Positions 1-10,447 are shown, counted from the first letter of the stretch. The stretch: DNA of 64,000 nucleotides from an uncultured Gammaproteobacteria bacterium (GCA_963714975.1 CAVQQD010000002.1:832001-896000); one strand, 5' to 3'. A program made the numbers and translations. Notes: generated by a model from the letters alone, not told the origin.

Positions 1-121
1 CTGCTTTTTGTAAAGACGCAAGTATCGTTTTTAACCGGTCTTCAGGGATACCCATCATTTTTAACCGGTCTTCAGGGATACCCATCATTTTTGCAAATTC
101 TTTGACTGTGACATCCGTCAT
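1..121 (-). CDS. infB: Translation initiation factor IF-2, 5' end only (runs off the window)
   Basis: ATG at 121 gives MTDVTVKEFAKMMGIPEDRL..., an IF2 N-terminal pattern. Lies directly downstream of nusA in the canonical metY-rimP-nusA-infB operon. Confidence 0.85.
   Translation of the reverse strand, partial: MTDVTVKEFAKMMGIPEDRLKMMGIPEDRLKTILASLQKA
31..90. repeat. Perfect 30-bp tandem duplication within infB (in frame, KMMGIPEDRL x2)
   Basis: ttaaccggtcttcagggatacccatcattt occurs at 31-60 and 61-90. Confidence 0.95.
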
Positions 122-130
122 GGTTTATTT

Positions 131-1648
131 TCACCTATATATTACTTTAGAACCCGATTCATCATCAACAAACCAGGGTGCGCGTGCTGCCATAATAAGT
201 TCCGCGGCTAACTTTTCTGTCATTCCTTCAATATCGACTAATATCATCGATAGCTTGTTCTGCTAAATCTTCTTGGGTAATAATCCCATGCTTGGCAAGT
301 TGATAAGCAAGCTTTTGGCTCATACCTGGCAAATCCAATAAATCTTGTGCTGGCTCTACAATTGTTAATTGCGCCTCTAACTCCCTGGTAAGCAAAATAT
401 CACGAGCGCGATTATGAATTTCATGGACTATTTCTTCATTTAGACCTGGAATTGTAGCCATTTCCTCTGGAGATGAAAAAGCGAGCTCATCGATGCTAGT
501 ATATCCTTCTTGGACTAGGGCATGTGCTATAGCTTCTTCTAAATGGAGTTCTTGAATAAATGTTTGAGTATAGCGTTCAGTTTCTTCCGCATGTTTTTGT
601 GCGGCTTCAGCTTCAGCCATCACATTAAGCCGCCAGCCTGTTAATTCACTGGCCAAGCGAATATTTTGTCCATTCCGCCCAATAGCTTGCGATAGCTGAT
701 CTTCTCTCACAGCGATGTCCATCACTTTCGTTTCTTCATTTGCCATGATAGAAGCGACTTCAGCTGGGGCCATGGCATTGATCACCAGTTGTACTGGATT
801 ATCATCCCATAGCACAATATCAATGCGTTCGCCGCCTAATTCACCAGAAACAGCTTGTACCCGGGCGCCGCGCATACCAACACAGGCACCAATAGGATCG
901 ATTCTTCCGTCATTAGTTTTGACCGCGATTTTAGCACGAGAACCCGGATCCCTGGCGACTGCTTTAATTTCAATCACTTGATCACCAATTTCTGGTACTT
1001 CAATTTCAAATAATCGAGCAAGCATTTGCTGGATGAGCGCGACTAAGTAAAAGTTGTGGACCTTTCTTATCGGCACGAACCGCATATAAATAAGCACGTA
1101 AACGATCTCCGGTGCGAACCAGCTCCCGGGGTATCATTTCTTCCCGCGTAATGAGTCCTTCAGCACCATCACCTAAATCTAAGATAATTTGGTCATGCAG
1201 CACTTTCTTCACAATGCCAGTCATGAGTTCGCCGACTCGTCTGAGATACTTGCTTTCTACTTTTTTACGTTCGGCCTCGCGAACTTTTTGCATAATGACT
1301 TGTTTGGCTTGTTGTGCAGCTATGCGTCCAAATTCAATAGACTCAATAGGCTCTTCAATGAGATCACCAGGCTAAAGCTCACTTTTTTCATCTTTAATTT
1401 GGTCAAATAAAAGATATTTTTCCGGAAAATCTTCAAATTCTTCTTTATCTGCAGTGACGGTCCAAAAACGAAAGCTTTCATAATCACCTGTTTTACGATC
1501 AATGGCTATCCGTAATTGAAACTTCTTCTGGGTATTGTTTGGCAGTGACAGCTGCCAAAGCGGTTTCTATAGCTTCAAAGATCACGGCTTTTTCTACGCC
1601 TTTTTCGTTTGAGATAGATTCTACTATTAATAAAATGTCTTTATTCAT
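131..1648 (-). CDS. nusA: Transcription termination/antitermination factor NusA, split by ~3 frameshifts and 1 in-frame stop (probably sequence errors)
   Basis: Fragments in different frames: [50 protein letters not shown]...[23 protein letters not shown] and a C-terminal [11 protein letters not shown]. Confidence 0.93.
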
Positions 1649-1649
1649 T

Positions 1650-2109
1650 CTAAAACCCCAAATCAGGTATGAGATTGGTTTTCTCAATATTGGCAAAAGG
1701 CAACTCTAAAAGCTGCCCATCGACTAAAATTTGTACCTGTGCTTCATCATCAGAGATGCTTTTAAGTTCACCGGTAGAAATTTCGTCTACCCTCCAGTGC
1801 TATACGAAGTTTAATTCGTACCCGTTTCCCTAAGAAACGGTGGTAATGCTCCGGTGTGATTAGTGGCCTATCTAAACCTGGGGAAGATACTTCCAAGTGA
1901 AACTGGCCAGTAATTAGATTGTTTACTTCCAACGAGGCACTAACTTGTTGGCTTACTCGTGCACAATCATCAGCACTTACACCCTCAGGTCCATCGATGT
2001 AGATGCGCAAAATTTTCTGGTGTCCTTCAGAGGCAAGCACCCAAGTTAGCAATTCAAAGCCGAGGGCTGTGACTGCAGGTGTTAGAATATGTTCTAAAGG
2101 AGCCGTCAT
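1650..2109 (-). CDS. rimP: Ribosome maturation factor RimP (one apparent +1 frameshift near 1777)
   Basis: ILRIYID..GV..DDC..VS and LEVSSPGLDRPL motifs. The C-terminus (TGELKSI...NIEKTNLIPDLGF) continues in another frame. Confidence 0.92.
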
Positions 2110-2125
2110 TATTAATCCAAATAAA

Positions 2126-2146
2126 AAATGGGCACTTGGCCCATTT
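2126..2146 (-). promoter_or_regulatory. rimP leader hairpin / terminator-like stem
   Basis: AAATGGGC-CAAGT-GCCCATTT followed by Ts on the minus strand, between tRNA-fMet and rimP. Confidence 0.6.
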
Positions 2147-2166
2147 CATTCAGCTTTTTACTATAC

Positions 2167-2243
<77 letters not shown>

Positions 2244-2283
2244 ATTTAGGCATCATATCTAAATTCATAGATAAATTCAAGCG

Positions 2284-2462
2284 AGTTGTCATCCCGAGCG
2301 CAGCGAAAGATCTCGCTGTCCAAAAAAGAGTTTTCATATAGGTTTTTTACCGTATGTTTTGTCACATTCATGAGATCCCTCGCTTCGCTCGGGATGACAA
2401 CTGCTCGGGACGACAACTGCTCGGGACGACAACTGCTCGGGATGACAACTGGGGATGTCATC
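2284..2462. repeat. Palindromic MITE/RPE-like element (family A) with a tandem 16-bp tail
   Basis: Arms agttgtcatcccgagcgcagcgaaagatctc (2284-2314) and gagatccctcgcttcgctcgggatgacaact (2372-2402). The unit gctcgggaYgacaact is present x4 at 2387-2450. Confidence 0.9.
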
Positions 2463-2862
2463 AGGAATTGCTATTACTAACATAAAACCATTGGCCATTG
2501 ATGCAGTGAAACTCGCTGGTTTCTTCAAGTTTTTGTGGCTTGCCTTGAAAAACATAATAGGCAATAAAATGAACATAAGCGATATCAGCTGAGCTTGGAT
2601 GAGCAAAACTCTGTAATACTTTTAACCGGCGCCATTTGGCTGTTTTTGCCCAGATTCTGGCTTGTTCACTATTATAATCCTTGGCTGCTGGACCACACAT
2701 GGTTGCTTGAATATAATCAACATTAGCTTGAGTGTATGCCGTATAGCGCGATCGCATTAATGCTTCTGCAGTGGCTGGAATAGTTTGACCTTCTATATAA
2801 GGAAGGCAGCAATCTTTATAAGGCTTACCAGAACAGCAAGGACAACGGGTTGCATGAATCAT
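2461..2862 (-). CDS. ychJ: YchJ family SEC-C motif protein
   Basis: CPCCSGKPYKDCC, TAEALMRSRYTAY and E.S.F...GQWFY motifs. Confidence 0.92.
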   Translation of the reverse strand: MIHATRCPCCSGKPYKDCCLPYIEGQTIPATAEALMRSRYTAYTQANVDYIQATMCGPAAKDYNSEQARIWAKTAKWRRLKVLQSFAHPSSADIAYVHFIAYYVFQGKPQKLEETSEFHCINGQWFYVSNSNS

Positions 2863-2874
2863 ATAAAATTAAAG

Positions 2875-2988
2875 GAAATCGCTTGGGCCACGGTGGCCTC
2901 CTTGCCTTTGGCATCAGTCCCTTGATGCTCCGTCCCTGGGAATTGGAATCCTACATGGATTCTAGTTTCCTGCGACCCAAGTGATTTC
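2875..2988 (-). ncRNA. Candidate CsrA/RsmA-binding small RNA (GGA-rich, multi-hairpin)
   Basis: 17-bp closing stem, internal hairpins with AGGGAC and AAGGAG loops, six GGA trinucleotides, and an upstream CTGACA-16-TATGAT promoter-like sequence. Confidence 0.55.
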
Positions 2989-3075
2989 GGGACGAGTATT
3001 ACATCATAATTTTTTTAAGTTAAATGTCAGCAATTGTCGGAAAATTTTGTCAGAAAAGTCCTCAAATAGCGACTA

Positions 3076-4260
3076 TTAGGCCCCCGTAGGTAAGCCTGTA
3101 ATTAACCGAACTTGAATTACCCCGCTAATGCCTTTGAGTTCTTGAAGCAAAGAGTCATTTATCTCTTCGTCGACATCAACCAAGGTATAAGCAATTTCCC
3201 CCCGTGATTTATTCAGCAGGTCAATGATATTTAAGTGCGCTGTAGCTAGTTTGGTGGAAATTTGCGCTACCATGTTGGGAATATTAGCATTGGCTATTGC
3301 CAAGCGCACTCCCTTATTGAATGACATTTCTGCACTGGGAAAATTTACTGAATTGATGATAGTCCCAGACTCTAAATAACTCCTCAGCTGTTTAACGGCC
3401 ATAATCGCACAAGTTTCTTCAGCCTCTTTTGTAGACGCACCGAGGTGCGGTAGACAAATTACCTGAGGATGATTTTTTAAGTCAGCACAGGGAAAATCAC
3501 ACACATAGGCAGCAATATGCTTGTCGTTTAATGCGCTGAGAAGAGCCGCTTTATCGACAATAGCTTCTCTGGAAAAATTTAGCAAGATCATGCCTTTTTT
3601 TGCCAGTCGCAGTCGTGTATCTTCGATGAGTGATTTAGTTTCAGGAGTAAGAGGGATATGAAGACTGATAAAGTCGGCCTGAGTAATTAAACTTTCTAAA
3701 TTACGCATTTCCTCGACATTCGCTGATAATTCCCAGGCACGCTGCACCGTGATGGTAGGGTCGTAGCCAATGACCCGCATTCCTAAAGCAATGGCCGCAT
3801 TAGCCACTTTAACTCCAACATTTCCGAGGCCAATAATCCCAAGAGTTTTTCCTGGTAATTCAAAACCGGCAAATTGTTTTTTTCCTTGTTCCACTTGCTC
3901 GTTAATACCTTTATTATCCCCCGTTAAGTGGCGCGCATAATCCCAGGCCTGGCAAAGATTACGACAAGCAAGCAACATGCCTGCAATCACTAATTCTTTA
4001 ACTGCATTGGCATTTGCCCCGGGGGTGTTGAGCACTGGAATGCCAAGCTGAGTGAGTTTCTGAATTGGAATGTTATTAACACCGACTCCAGCACGAGCCA
4101 CTATTTTTAAATTAGCAGGCAAGGATTCTTCTTTTATGATCGCCGAGCGGACCAAGATCCCATCAGGATTAGGCTCATTCTCTGCCACGTGGTATAAATT
4201 AGCAGGTAATTGACGGAGCCCTAACGGATCAATGGAGTTAAGAGTTTGAATTTTAAACAT
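3076..4260 (-). CDS. serA: D-3-phosphoglycerate dehydrogenase with C-terminal ACT domain
   Basis: ARAGVGVNNI, NTPGANANAV, GIIGLGNVG and PHLGAST motifs plus an ACT tail. Confidence 0.92.
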   Translation of the reverse strand: MFKIQTLNSIDPLGLRQLPANLYHVAENEPNPDGILVRSAIIKEESLPANLKIVARAGVGVNNIPIQKLTQLGIPVLNTPGANANAVKELVIAGMLLACRNLCQAWDYARHLTGDNKGINEQVEQGKKQFAGFELPGKTLGIIGLGNVGVKVANAAIALGMRVIGYDPTITVQRAWELSANVEEMRNLESLITQADFISLHIPLTPETKSLIEDTRLRLAKKGMILLNFSREAIVDKAALLSALNDKHIAAYVCDFPCADLKNHPQVICLPHLGASTKEAEETCAIMAVKQLRSYLESGTIINSVNFPSAEMSFNKGVRLAIANANIPNMVAQISTKLATAHLNIIDLLNKSRGEIAYTLVDVDEEINDSLLQELKGISGVIQVRLITGLPTGA

Positions 4261-4310
4261 AATTTGTTCCTCTAGCTTGGGAGCTGGTATCTTACAGGAA
4301 TTATAAAAAA

Positions 4311-5054
4311 ATGTCTCATTATGAACCTAAAAAACCGCTTGCAGCGGTTATCTTTGATTGTGATGGTACTTTAAGCTTTATCGAAGGCATCGATGAATTG
4401 GCTAGGACCAATCATGTGGGATCCCAAGTCCAAGCTTTGACTGCAGAGGCTATGGGGCACACCGGAATTAATCCGCACTTATACCAGCGACGTTTGGACT
4501 TAGTGCTCCCAACTAGGCAGCAAGTAGAACTATTAGGGCAGAGTTATTTTCAGCATAAAGCACCTGATGTATTGTCGGTGATTCAGATCCTTAAAAAATT
4601 GGGTAAGGTGGTATATGTGGTCTCTGCAGGCTTATTTCCTGCCGTTGCCAGTTTTGCAAAATTATTGGAGATCGATTCTTCTCATGTGTTTGCAGTCAAC
4701 ATTTATTTTGATTCCGGGGGCCATTATTTGGATTTTGACCGCAGCTCACCCCTGGTACATGCAGACGGAAAGCGGATAATTTCCCAGCAATTGAAACAGC
4801 GCCATGCACAGCTGGCCTTGATAGGGGATGGGTTAAATGACTATGATGCCCATGAGGTTGTGACACGTTTTGTAGGTTACGGGGGGGCATTTTATCGAGA
4901 AAATATCAAACAGAAGTGTCAATATTATATTGCCGCTCCTTCGATGCTCCAGTTATTGCCGCTGACATTAACAAGTCAAGAGGTTAAAACCTTATCTGAG
5001 TTAGAGTTAACTTATTACGATAAAGGCTTATCATTGTTGGAATCTTTTTCGTGA
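4311..5054 (+). CDS. serB: HAD-IB phosphatase, phosphoserine phosphatase-like
   Basis: FDCDGTL..IEGIDELA, VSAG and IGDGLND motifs. Divergent from serA. Confidence 0.75.
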   Translation: MSHYEPKKPLAAVIFDCDGTLSFIEGIDELARTNHVGSQVQALTAEAMGHTGINPHLYQRRLDLVLPTRQQVELLGQSYFQHKAPDVLSVIQILKKLGKVVYVVSAGLFPAVASFAKLLEIDSSHVFAVNIYFDSGGHYLDFDRSSPLVHADGKRIISQQLKQRHAQLALIGDGLNDYDAHEVVTRFVGYGGAFYRENIKQKCQYYIAAPSMLQLLPLTLTSQEVKTLSELELTYYDKGLSLLESFS

Positions 5055-5096
5055 TAGTCTATAATTTTCGTTATTCTGCTTTAGAAGGAAATTGCG

Positions 5097-5501
5097 ATGA
5101 AAAAAAAATTTTTAAAAACTGTGATTTATCTTTCGACTATCCTGGTCATAGGGTGTGCAGGAGTTCCCTTACAACCTGGAGCAGAAAAAGTAGCGGTAAT
5201 AACATCCCAACCACCCGGTTATTGTAAGCATGTAGGACCTGTATCAAATTTTGATATCAATGGTTCAACCGTTTGGTATACCTCAGATCAAAATTTACAT
5301 GCCATGGAAGTTAACGCACTCAGAAATCAAGCAGTGGCTAAGGGAGCTAATTGTGTTGTGATTACTCATCATGTTTATACTAAAACTAACCATCCAGGTT
5401 TTACTTTAACGAATGCGCATAAATTAGCTGGTGTAGCGTATTCTTGCCCAAGAAATACCTACTTTAGTCAGACATTTGATGTTTATGCTCCAGATAAATA
5501 G
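5097..5501 (+). CDS. Lipoprotein, DUF4156-like
   Basis: Lipobox VIGC, L.PGAEKV, C..VG.V, N.LRNQA...GAN and AY.C motifs. Confidence 0.7.
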   Translation: MKKKFLKTVIYLSTILVIGCAGVPLQPGAEKVAVITSQPPGYCKHVGPVSNFDINGSTVWYTSDQNLHAMEVNALRNQAVAKGANCVVITHHVYTKTNHPGFTLTNAHKLAGVAYSCPRNTYFSQTFDVYAPDK

Positions 5502-5515
5502 CTACGGAGTAAGCA

Positions 5516-5830
5516 GTGGAGAAAAACAATATTGATCATGATGAAATAGGCTGGGAGGGGTTTTTGCAGTTATGTATCATCTCCCAGGATACGGAAAAAC
5601 TTACTTCGGTCTTCGACTTGTTATTAACATTTGAGGAAAGAAAAAATTTATCGTTACGCTATTTAATTATTCAAGGGTTATTGAGCGAGAAAGAAACTCA
5701 GCGCGAGCTTGCACAACGTTTAGGGGTGAGCATTGCAAAAATTACTCGAGGCTCAAATGAATTAAAACGTTTTAGCCCTGAAGCAATTGAATATTTTCGC
5801 AAACAGATGGGGCTATTAAAAAAACTGTGA
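5516..5830 (+). CDS. trpR: Trp repressor family HTH regulator
   Basis: LLLTFEER..L..R and TQRELAQRLGVSIAKITRGSNELK motifs. Confidence 0.85.
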   Translation: MEKNNIDHDEIGWEGFLQLCIISQDTEKLTSVFDLLLTFEERKNLSLRYLIIQGLLSEKETQRELAQRLGVSIAKITRGSNELKRFSPEAIEYFRKQMGLLKKL

Positions 5831-5844
5831 GCTCAAACTGAACT

Positions 5845-6019
5845 GAAGTCCCGTCGCCTGCCTACGGGGTCCTGCCGCGCGTCACCCCTTCGGCTGCACC
5901 GCGTGACCTCCTGGTTGAGAAAAAATTTGAGAGCCTCCTCAAGTATGTGAAAATTCGGGTGTAATTAAAACTGCGGTCAGAAGAATCCCAGAAGCGTGCA
6001 CGGGTGGCGGGGCAGCTTC
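5845..6019 (+). other. GC-rich long irregular hairpin (candidate structured RNA or decayed palindrome)
   Basis: Nested stems 5849-5860/6001-6012, GGGGTCCT/AGAATCCC and GCCGCG/TGCGGT, rich in G-U pairs on the + strand. Confidence 0.4.
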
Positions 6020-6025
6020 CTTCTA

Positions 6026-7468
6026 CTATAACTTATTTTTTAGTAACTCATTTACCCGCTGTGGGTTAGCTTTTCCCTTGGTTAATTTCATCACTTGCCC
6101 CACTAAAAAGCCAAACAGTTGTTCCTTGCCAGCACGGTACTGAGCCACTTGATCAGGGTGGTTGGCTATGATTTCAAGCACAGCGGCTTCGATGGCGCTG
6201 TCATCGGTAATTTGAGTTAAACCTTTTTGCGCAATAATTTGATCAGGATCACCTTCTCCCTTCCAGACTGCTTCAAAAACTGATTTGGCAATTTTTCCAG
6301 AAATAGTGTTATCAGCGATGCGATTAATAATGACAGCTAACTGTTCTGGTTTGATCGGGCAGGTGCTGATATCCAGACCCGCTTTATTAAGGGCTCCTAG
6401 TACCTCACCAATAATCCAATTTGCAGCCAATTTAGCAGATTTGGTTGCAGAGAATTTTATAACTTGCTCATAATAAAACGCTAATTCTTGTTGACCCGCG
6501 AGAATAGCGGCGTCATAAGCGCTCAGCCCATATTCGGTAATAAATCGTTGCTGTTTTTCCCGAGGGAGTTCTGGAAGAGTAGCACATACCTTTTCAATTT
6601 CTTCAGTGGTAATTACTAAAGGTAATAAGTCTGGATCCGGAAAATAGCGATAATCATTAGCTTCTTCTTTGCTGCGCATCGGACGAGTGACATTTTTGTC
6701 TACATCATACAGCATGGTTTGTTGATCAATTTTCCCGCCATTTTCCAATATGGCAATTTGTCGCTGAATTTCATAGTTAATCGCACGCTCAATAAAGCGG
6801 AAGGAATTCATATTTTTGATTTCAGTGCGTGTTCCTAGCCGAGTGTCACCTTTACGTCTGACAGAAACATTCGCATCGCAACGAAATGAGCCTTCTTGCA
6901 TATTAGCCTCACTAATGCCTAAATAGCGCACCAGGCTATGCAAGGTTTTTAGGTAGGCAACGGCTTCTTTAGCTGAGCGCAATTCGGGTTCGGATACGAT
7001 TTCTAGCAAGGGTGTCCCTGCGCGATTGAGATCAATTCCAGTCATGCCCTGAAAATCTTCATGCAAAGATTTGCCGGCATCTTCTTCTAAATGGGCGCGG
7101 GTAATATTAATTTCTTGCTCGATGCCATCTTCAAAGGCAATCTTGAGTGAGCCTCCACTCACCACAGGCAAGTCATGTTGACTAATTTGGTAGCCTTTGG
7201 GAAGGTCTGGATAAAAATAATTTTTGCGCGCAAAGACCGTGCGTGAATTAATGTTGGCGTTAATACTAAGACCAAATTTGATTGCCATATGCACGGCTGC
7301 TTGGTTTAGTGTTGGCAAGGTGCCTGGAAAGCCTAGGTCAATCAGCGAAGCTTGAGTATTGGGATCAGCTCCAAATGAGTTGGGTGCCCCAGAAAATAAT
7401 TTAGATTTTGTCGATAATTGGACATGCACTTCAAGTCCAATAACTGATTCCCATGCCATGGTGGTCAC
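6026..7468 (-). CDS. gatB: Asp/Glu-tRNA amidotransferase subunit B
   Basis: [35 protein letters not shown] and [10 protein letters not shown] motifs. Confidence 0.98.
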   Translation of the reverse strand: MTTMAWESVIGLEVHVQLSTKSKLFSGAPNSFGADPNTQASLIDLGFPGTLPTLNQAAVHMAIKFGLSINANINSRTVFARKNYFYPDLPKGYQISQHDLPVVSGGSLKIAFEDGIEQEINITRAHLEEDAGKSLHEDFQGMTGIDLNRAGTPLLEIVSEPELRSAKEAVAYLKTLHSLVRYLGISEANMQEGSFRCDANVSVRRKGDTRLGTRTEIKNMNSFRFIERAINYEIQRQIAILENGGKIDQQTMLYDVDKNVTRPMRSKEEANDYRYFPDPDLLPLVITTEEIEKVCATLPELPREKQQRFITEYGLSAYDAAILAGQQELAFYYEQVIKFSATKSAKLAANWIIGEVLGALNKAGLDISTCPIKPEQLAVIINRIADNTISGKIAKSVFEAVWKGEGDPDQIIAQKGLTQITDDSAIEAAVLEIIANHPDQVAQYRAGKEQLFGFLVGQVMKLTKGKANPQRVNELLKNKL

Positions 7469-8922
7469 CTTACGAAGTTAGAAGGAATTTTTCTGTGCCA
7501 ATCGGTAACTTGTTGATATTGATGTGCTAGATTTAGCAATTTTGCTTCTGAAAAGGCAGGTCCGATCAGTTGGATGCCAACCGGTAATTGATCAATAAAT
7601 CCTGCAGGAATAGCAAGGGCTGGTAAACCCGCTAAATTGGCAGGGACGGTATAGATATCCGAGAGATACATACCTACTGGATCAGTACTTTTTTCCCCTA
7701 ATTTAAACGCTGGGCTAGGGGTACTAGGACTCAAAATGACGTCAACTTCTTGAAAGGATTTGGCAAAATCATCACTGATCAAACGGCGAATTTTCTGGGC
7801 TTTTAAGTAATAAGCATCGTAAAAGCCGGCCGAAAGTACATAGGTTCCAATCATGATACGTCGCTTGACTTCTTCGCCAAAACCCTCGCTCCGGCTGCGT
7901 TCATATAAATCTAATAAGTCGCTAGGATTATCGCAGCGATAGCCATAGCGTACGCCATCATAACGTGCCAAATTAGCTGAGCATTCAGCTGGAGCCACAA
8001 CGTAATAGGCTGGTATTGATAAAGAAGTACTTGGTAAACTGACTTCTTTAAATTTAGCACCCAATTTTTCAAACTGAGCAATGGCTTCTTGAATGGCTTG
8101 AGCCATCTTAGTTTCTAAGCCCCCGTGGTAATACTCTACGGGTAAGCCAATGCGTAAGCCTGAAATTGCTTCTTTTAGGGTGAGGGAATAGTCTGGGACT
8201 GGATGATTGATACTAGTAGAATCTTTATCATCGTAGCCAGCCATCACGTTCAGTAACAAGGCGCAATCCTCTGCACTTAGCCCCATGATTCCTGCTTGAT
8301 CTAAGCTCGAAGCAAAGGCAATCATGCCATATCGGGATATTCGGCCATAAGTAGGTTTGATCCCAGTGATGCCACTAAAGGCAGCAGGCTGACGTACCGA
8401 ACCCCCAGTATCAGTACCTGTGGCTATTGGTGCTAAGCGGGCTGCTACCGCAGCCGCAGATCCTCCTGAAGATCCTCCTGGAACACGAGTGAGATCCCAA
8501 GGATTTTTACAAGGACCATAAAAACTCGTTTCATTGGAGGAACCCATGGCGAATTCATCCATGTTAGTTTTACCGAGTAATACTGTCCCAGCAGCATAGC
8601 AGCGCTCTACGGAGGTTGCATCATAAGGAGCAATAAAGTTATCCAGCATTTTCGAAGCACAAGAGGTGCGAACACCTTGAGTGCAAAAAATATCTTTTTG
8701 GGCGATAGGAATTCCAAGCAAGGGAGTGACTTCACCCCGCGCACGTCGTTGGTCAGCATTTTGTGCTTGGCTTATAGCGATTTCCTCAGTGACCGTGATA
8801 AAACTATTGAGTTGGGTATCGTATTTTTTTATACGTTCCAGGTATAACTGGGTTAATTCTAAGCTTGAAATTTTTTTCGCAGCTAGATTTTTGGCTAATT
8901 CGGAAATGGTTAGTTCATGCAT
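7465..8922 (-). CDS. gatA: Asp/Glu-tRNA amidotransferase subunit A
   Basis: Amidase signature [37 protein letters not shown]. Confidence 0.98.
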   Translation of the reverse strand: MHELTISELAKNLAAKKISSLELTQLYLERIKKYDTQLNSFITVTEEIAISQAQNADQRRARGEVTPLLGIPIAQKDIFCTQGVRTSCASKMLDNFIAPYDATSVERCYAAGTVLLGKTNMDEFAMGSSNETSFYGPCKNPWDLTRVPGGSSGGSAAAVAARLAPIATGTDTGGSVRQPAAFSGITGIKPTYGRISRYGMIAFASSLDQAGIMGLSAEDCALLLNVMAGYDDKDSTSINHPVPDYSLTLKEAISGLRIGLPVEYYHGGLETKMAQAIQEAIAQFEKLGAKFKEVSLPSTSLSIPAYYVVAPAECSANLARYDGVRYGYRCDNPSDLLDLYERSRSEGFGEEVKRRIMIGTYVLSAGFYDAYYLKAQKIRRLISDDFAKSFQEVDVILSPSTPSPAFKLGEKSTDPVGMYLSDIYTVPANLAGLPALAIPAGFIDQLPVGIQLIGPAFSEAKLLNLAHQYQQVTDWHRKIPSNFVR

Positions 8923-8936
8923 AGTAAAGGCCTTGA

Positions 8937-9236
8937 CTATTCAATTGCTTCGATAACTTGAGGAACCAGGTAAAGGCCAAAGGCTATGAGTGGCGCTAAG
9001 CTTTGCCAAAAGTCACGATGATTGCTTCTAATGACCTCATCAGCTCGCAGAGTTAAAGTGGCATCTCGGAAAGGAGAGCTCATCGGCTCAACCTTTGTCG
9101 TATCACAGTTATTAATATGGGCGATTAAATCTAAGATATTGGAAAGGCTATGCGTATAGGTAACAATATTCTTTTCATTAAGACGTAGACGGGCCAGCCG
9201 GGCTACTTTGGCTATTTCTTGCTCAGAGATTGACAT
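8937..9236 (-). CDS. gatC: Asp/Glu-tRNA amidotransferase subunit C
   Basis: VARLARL, LRADEV and YLVPQVIE motifs. First gene of gatCAB. Confidence 0.93.
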   Translation of the reverse strand: MSISEQEIAKVARLARLRLNEKNIVTYTHSLSNILDLIAHINNCDTTKVEPMSSPFRDATLTLRADEVIRSNHRDFWQSLAPLIAFGLYLVPQVIEAIE

Positions 9237-9400
9237 ACGATGGGCCTCCTTTTTTTGTAGGCGCTGATTATAGCGGCCTTGTTACCACGGATGTCAACAA
9301 AAAGTCTGTTGTGCGATGACAAAAAATTCGGTACCTTATCTTGCATTGATGCCTTCTCCAAAGGGGGGAAGGGAATAACAAATACAGGTGTCTTATTCTC

Positions 9401-10447
9401 ATGGTAATAAAACGACTTCGTGGCTATCTTTCAAATGCTTATGCAGTTGATCTCGGTACAGCAAATACCTTAGTTTGGGACGGGGAACTGAAGAAAATTG
9501 TCTTAAATGAACCTTCAGTAGTAGCAACTAGTACGGATGCGCATGGCCAATGCCGCGTAGTGGCAGTAGGGACTGAGGCAAAACGGATGTTGGGGCGTAC
9601 GCCTGCTAATATTACCGCGATCCGTCCTCTCAAAGAGGGAGTGATCGCCGACTTTTTTATTACTGAAAAAATGTTGCAGCATTTTATTCATAAGGTACAT
9701 AAGAATCGGCTTTTCAAGCCAAGTCCTCGTGTATTGGTCTCTGTCCCTTGTGGGTCTACGCAGGTAGAGCGTCGTGCAATTAGAGAATCTGCCTTAGGAG
9801 CTGGGGCTAGGGAAGTGTTTCTAATTGACGAACCAATGGCTGCAGCGATGGGAGCAGGCCTCCCCGTGGAAGAAGCTAGTGGTTCCATGGTGGTGGATAT
9901 TGGTGGTGGTACTACTGAAGTAGCCATTATTTCATTGAACGGCATTGTCTATTCTGCTTCAGTACGCATTGGTGGCGATCGTTTTGATGATGCGATTGTC
10001 AATTATGTCCGTCGTAATTATGGAACCTTAATTGGTGAGGCCACAGCTGAACGGATTAAGCAAGATATTGGAGCTGCTTTCCCAAGCAGTGAAGTTAAAG
10101 AAATAGAAGTGCGAGGGCGAAATTTGGCCGAAGGCGTTCCACGAAGTTTTGTGATGAATAGCAATGAAATTTTAGAGGCTTTGCAAGATCCATTGAGTGG
10201 CATTATAACCGCTGTACGTGACGCTCTGGAAAAAATTCCACCTGAATTATCCTCAGATATTGCTGAACGAGGGATGGTGCTAACTGGCGGAGGTGCTTTA
10301 TTGAAGGATTTGGACCGCTTGATCATGGAAGAGACAGGATTGCCGGTTATTGTTGCCGTAGATCCATTAACCTGTGTGGCTCGAGGAGGGGGAAGAGCTT
10401 TGGAAACAATGCACTTTTTTGGTGAAAGATTTCTCTCCAGAGAATAG
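9401..10447 (+). CDS. mreB: Rod shape-determining protein MreB
   Basis: [30 protein letters not shown] and LTGGGALL motifs. Confidence 0.98.
   Translation: MVIKRLRGYLSNAYAVDLGTANTLVWDGELKKIVLNEPSVVATSTDAHGQCRVVAVGTEAKRMLGRTPANITAIRPLKEGVIADFFITEKMLQHFIHKVHKNRLFKPSPRVLVSVPCGSTQVERRAIRESALGAGAREVFLIDEPMAAAMGAGLPVEEASGSMVVDIGGGTTEVAIISLNGIVYSASVRIGGDRFDDAIVNYVRRNYGTLIGEATAERIKQDIGAAFPSSEVKEIEVRGRNLAEGVPRSFVMNSNEILEALQDPLSGIITAVRDALEKIPPELSSDIAERGMVLTGGGALLKDLDRLIMEETGLPVIVAVDPLTCVARGGGRALETMHFFGERFLSRE

Noticed and set aside
131-1648. nusA as a true pseudogene
   Set aside because: Essential gene, residues otherwise well conserved, and lesions are clustered as expected for sequencing error.
2387-2450. 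CRISPR array
   Set aside because: 16-bp units are directly adjacent with no unique spacers, there are no cas genes, and the unit is the end of a palindromic repeat.
2246-2606. Short ORFs 2246-2461, 2286-2480 and 2334-2606
   Set aside because: Translations of the family A repeat or an alternative frame of ychJ.
5845-6019. SRP RNA (ffs), tmRNA or RNase P RNA
   Set aside because: No SRP CAGG..GGAA..AGCAG motif, no tRNA-like ends or tag ORF, and too short for rnpB.
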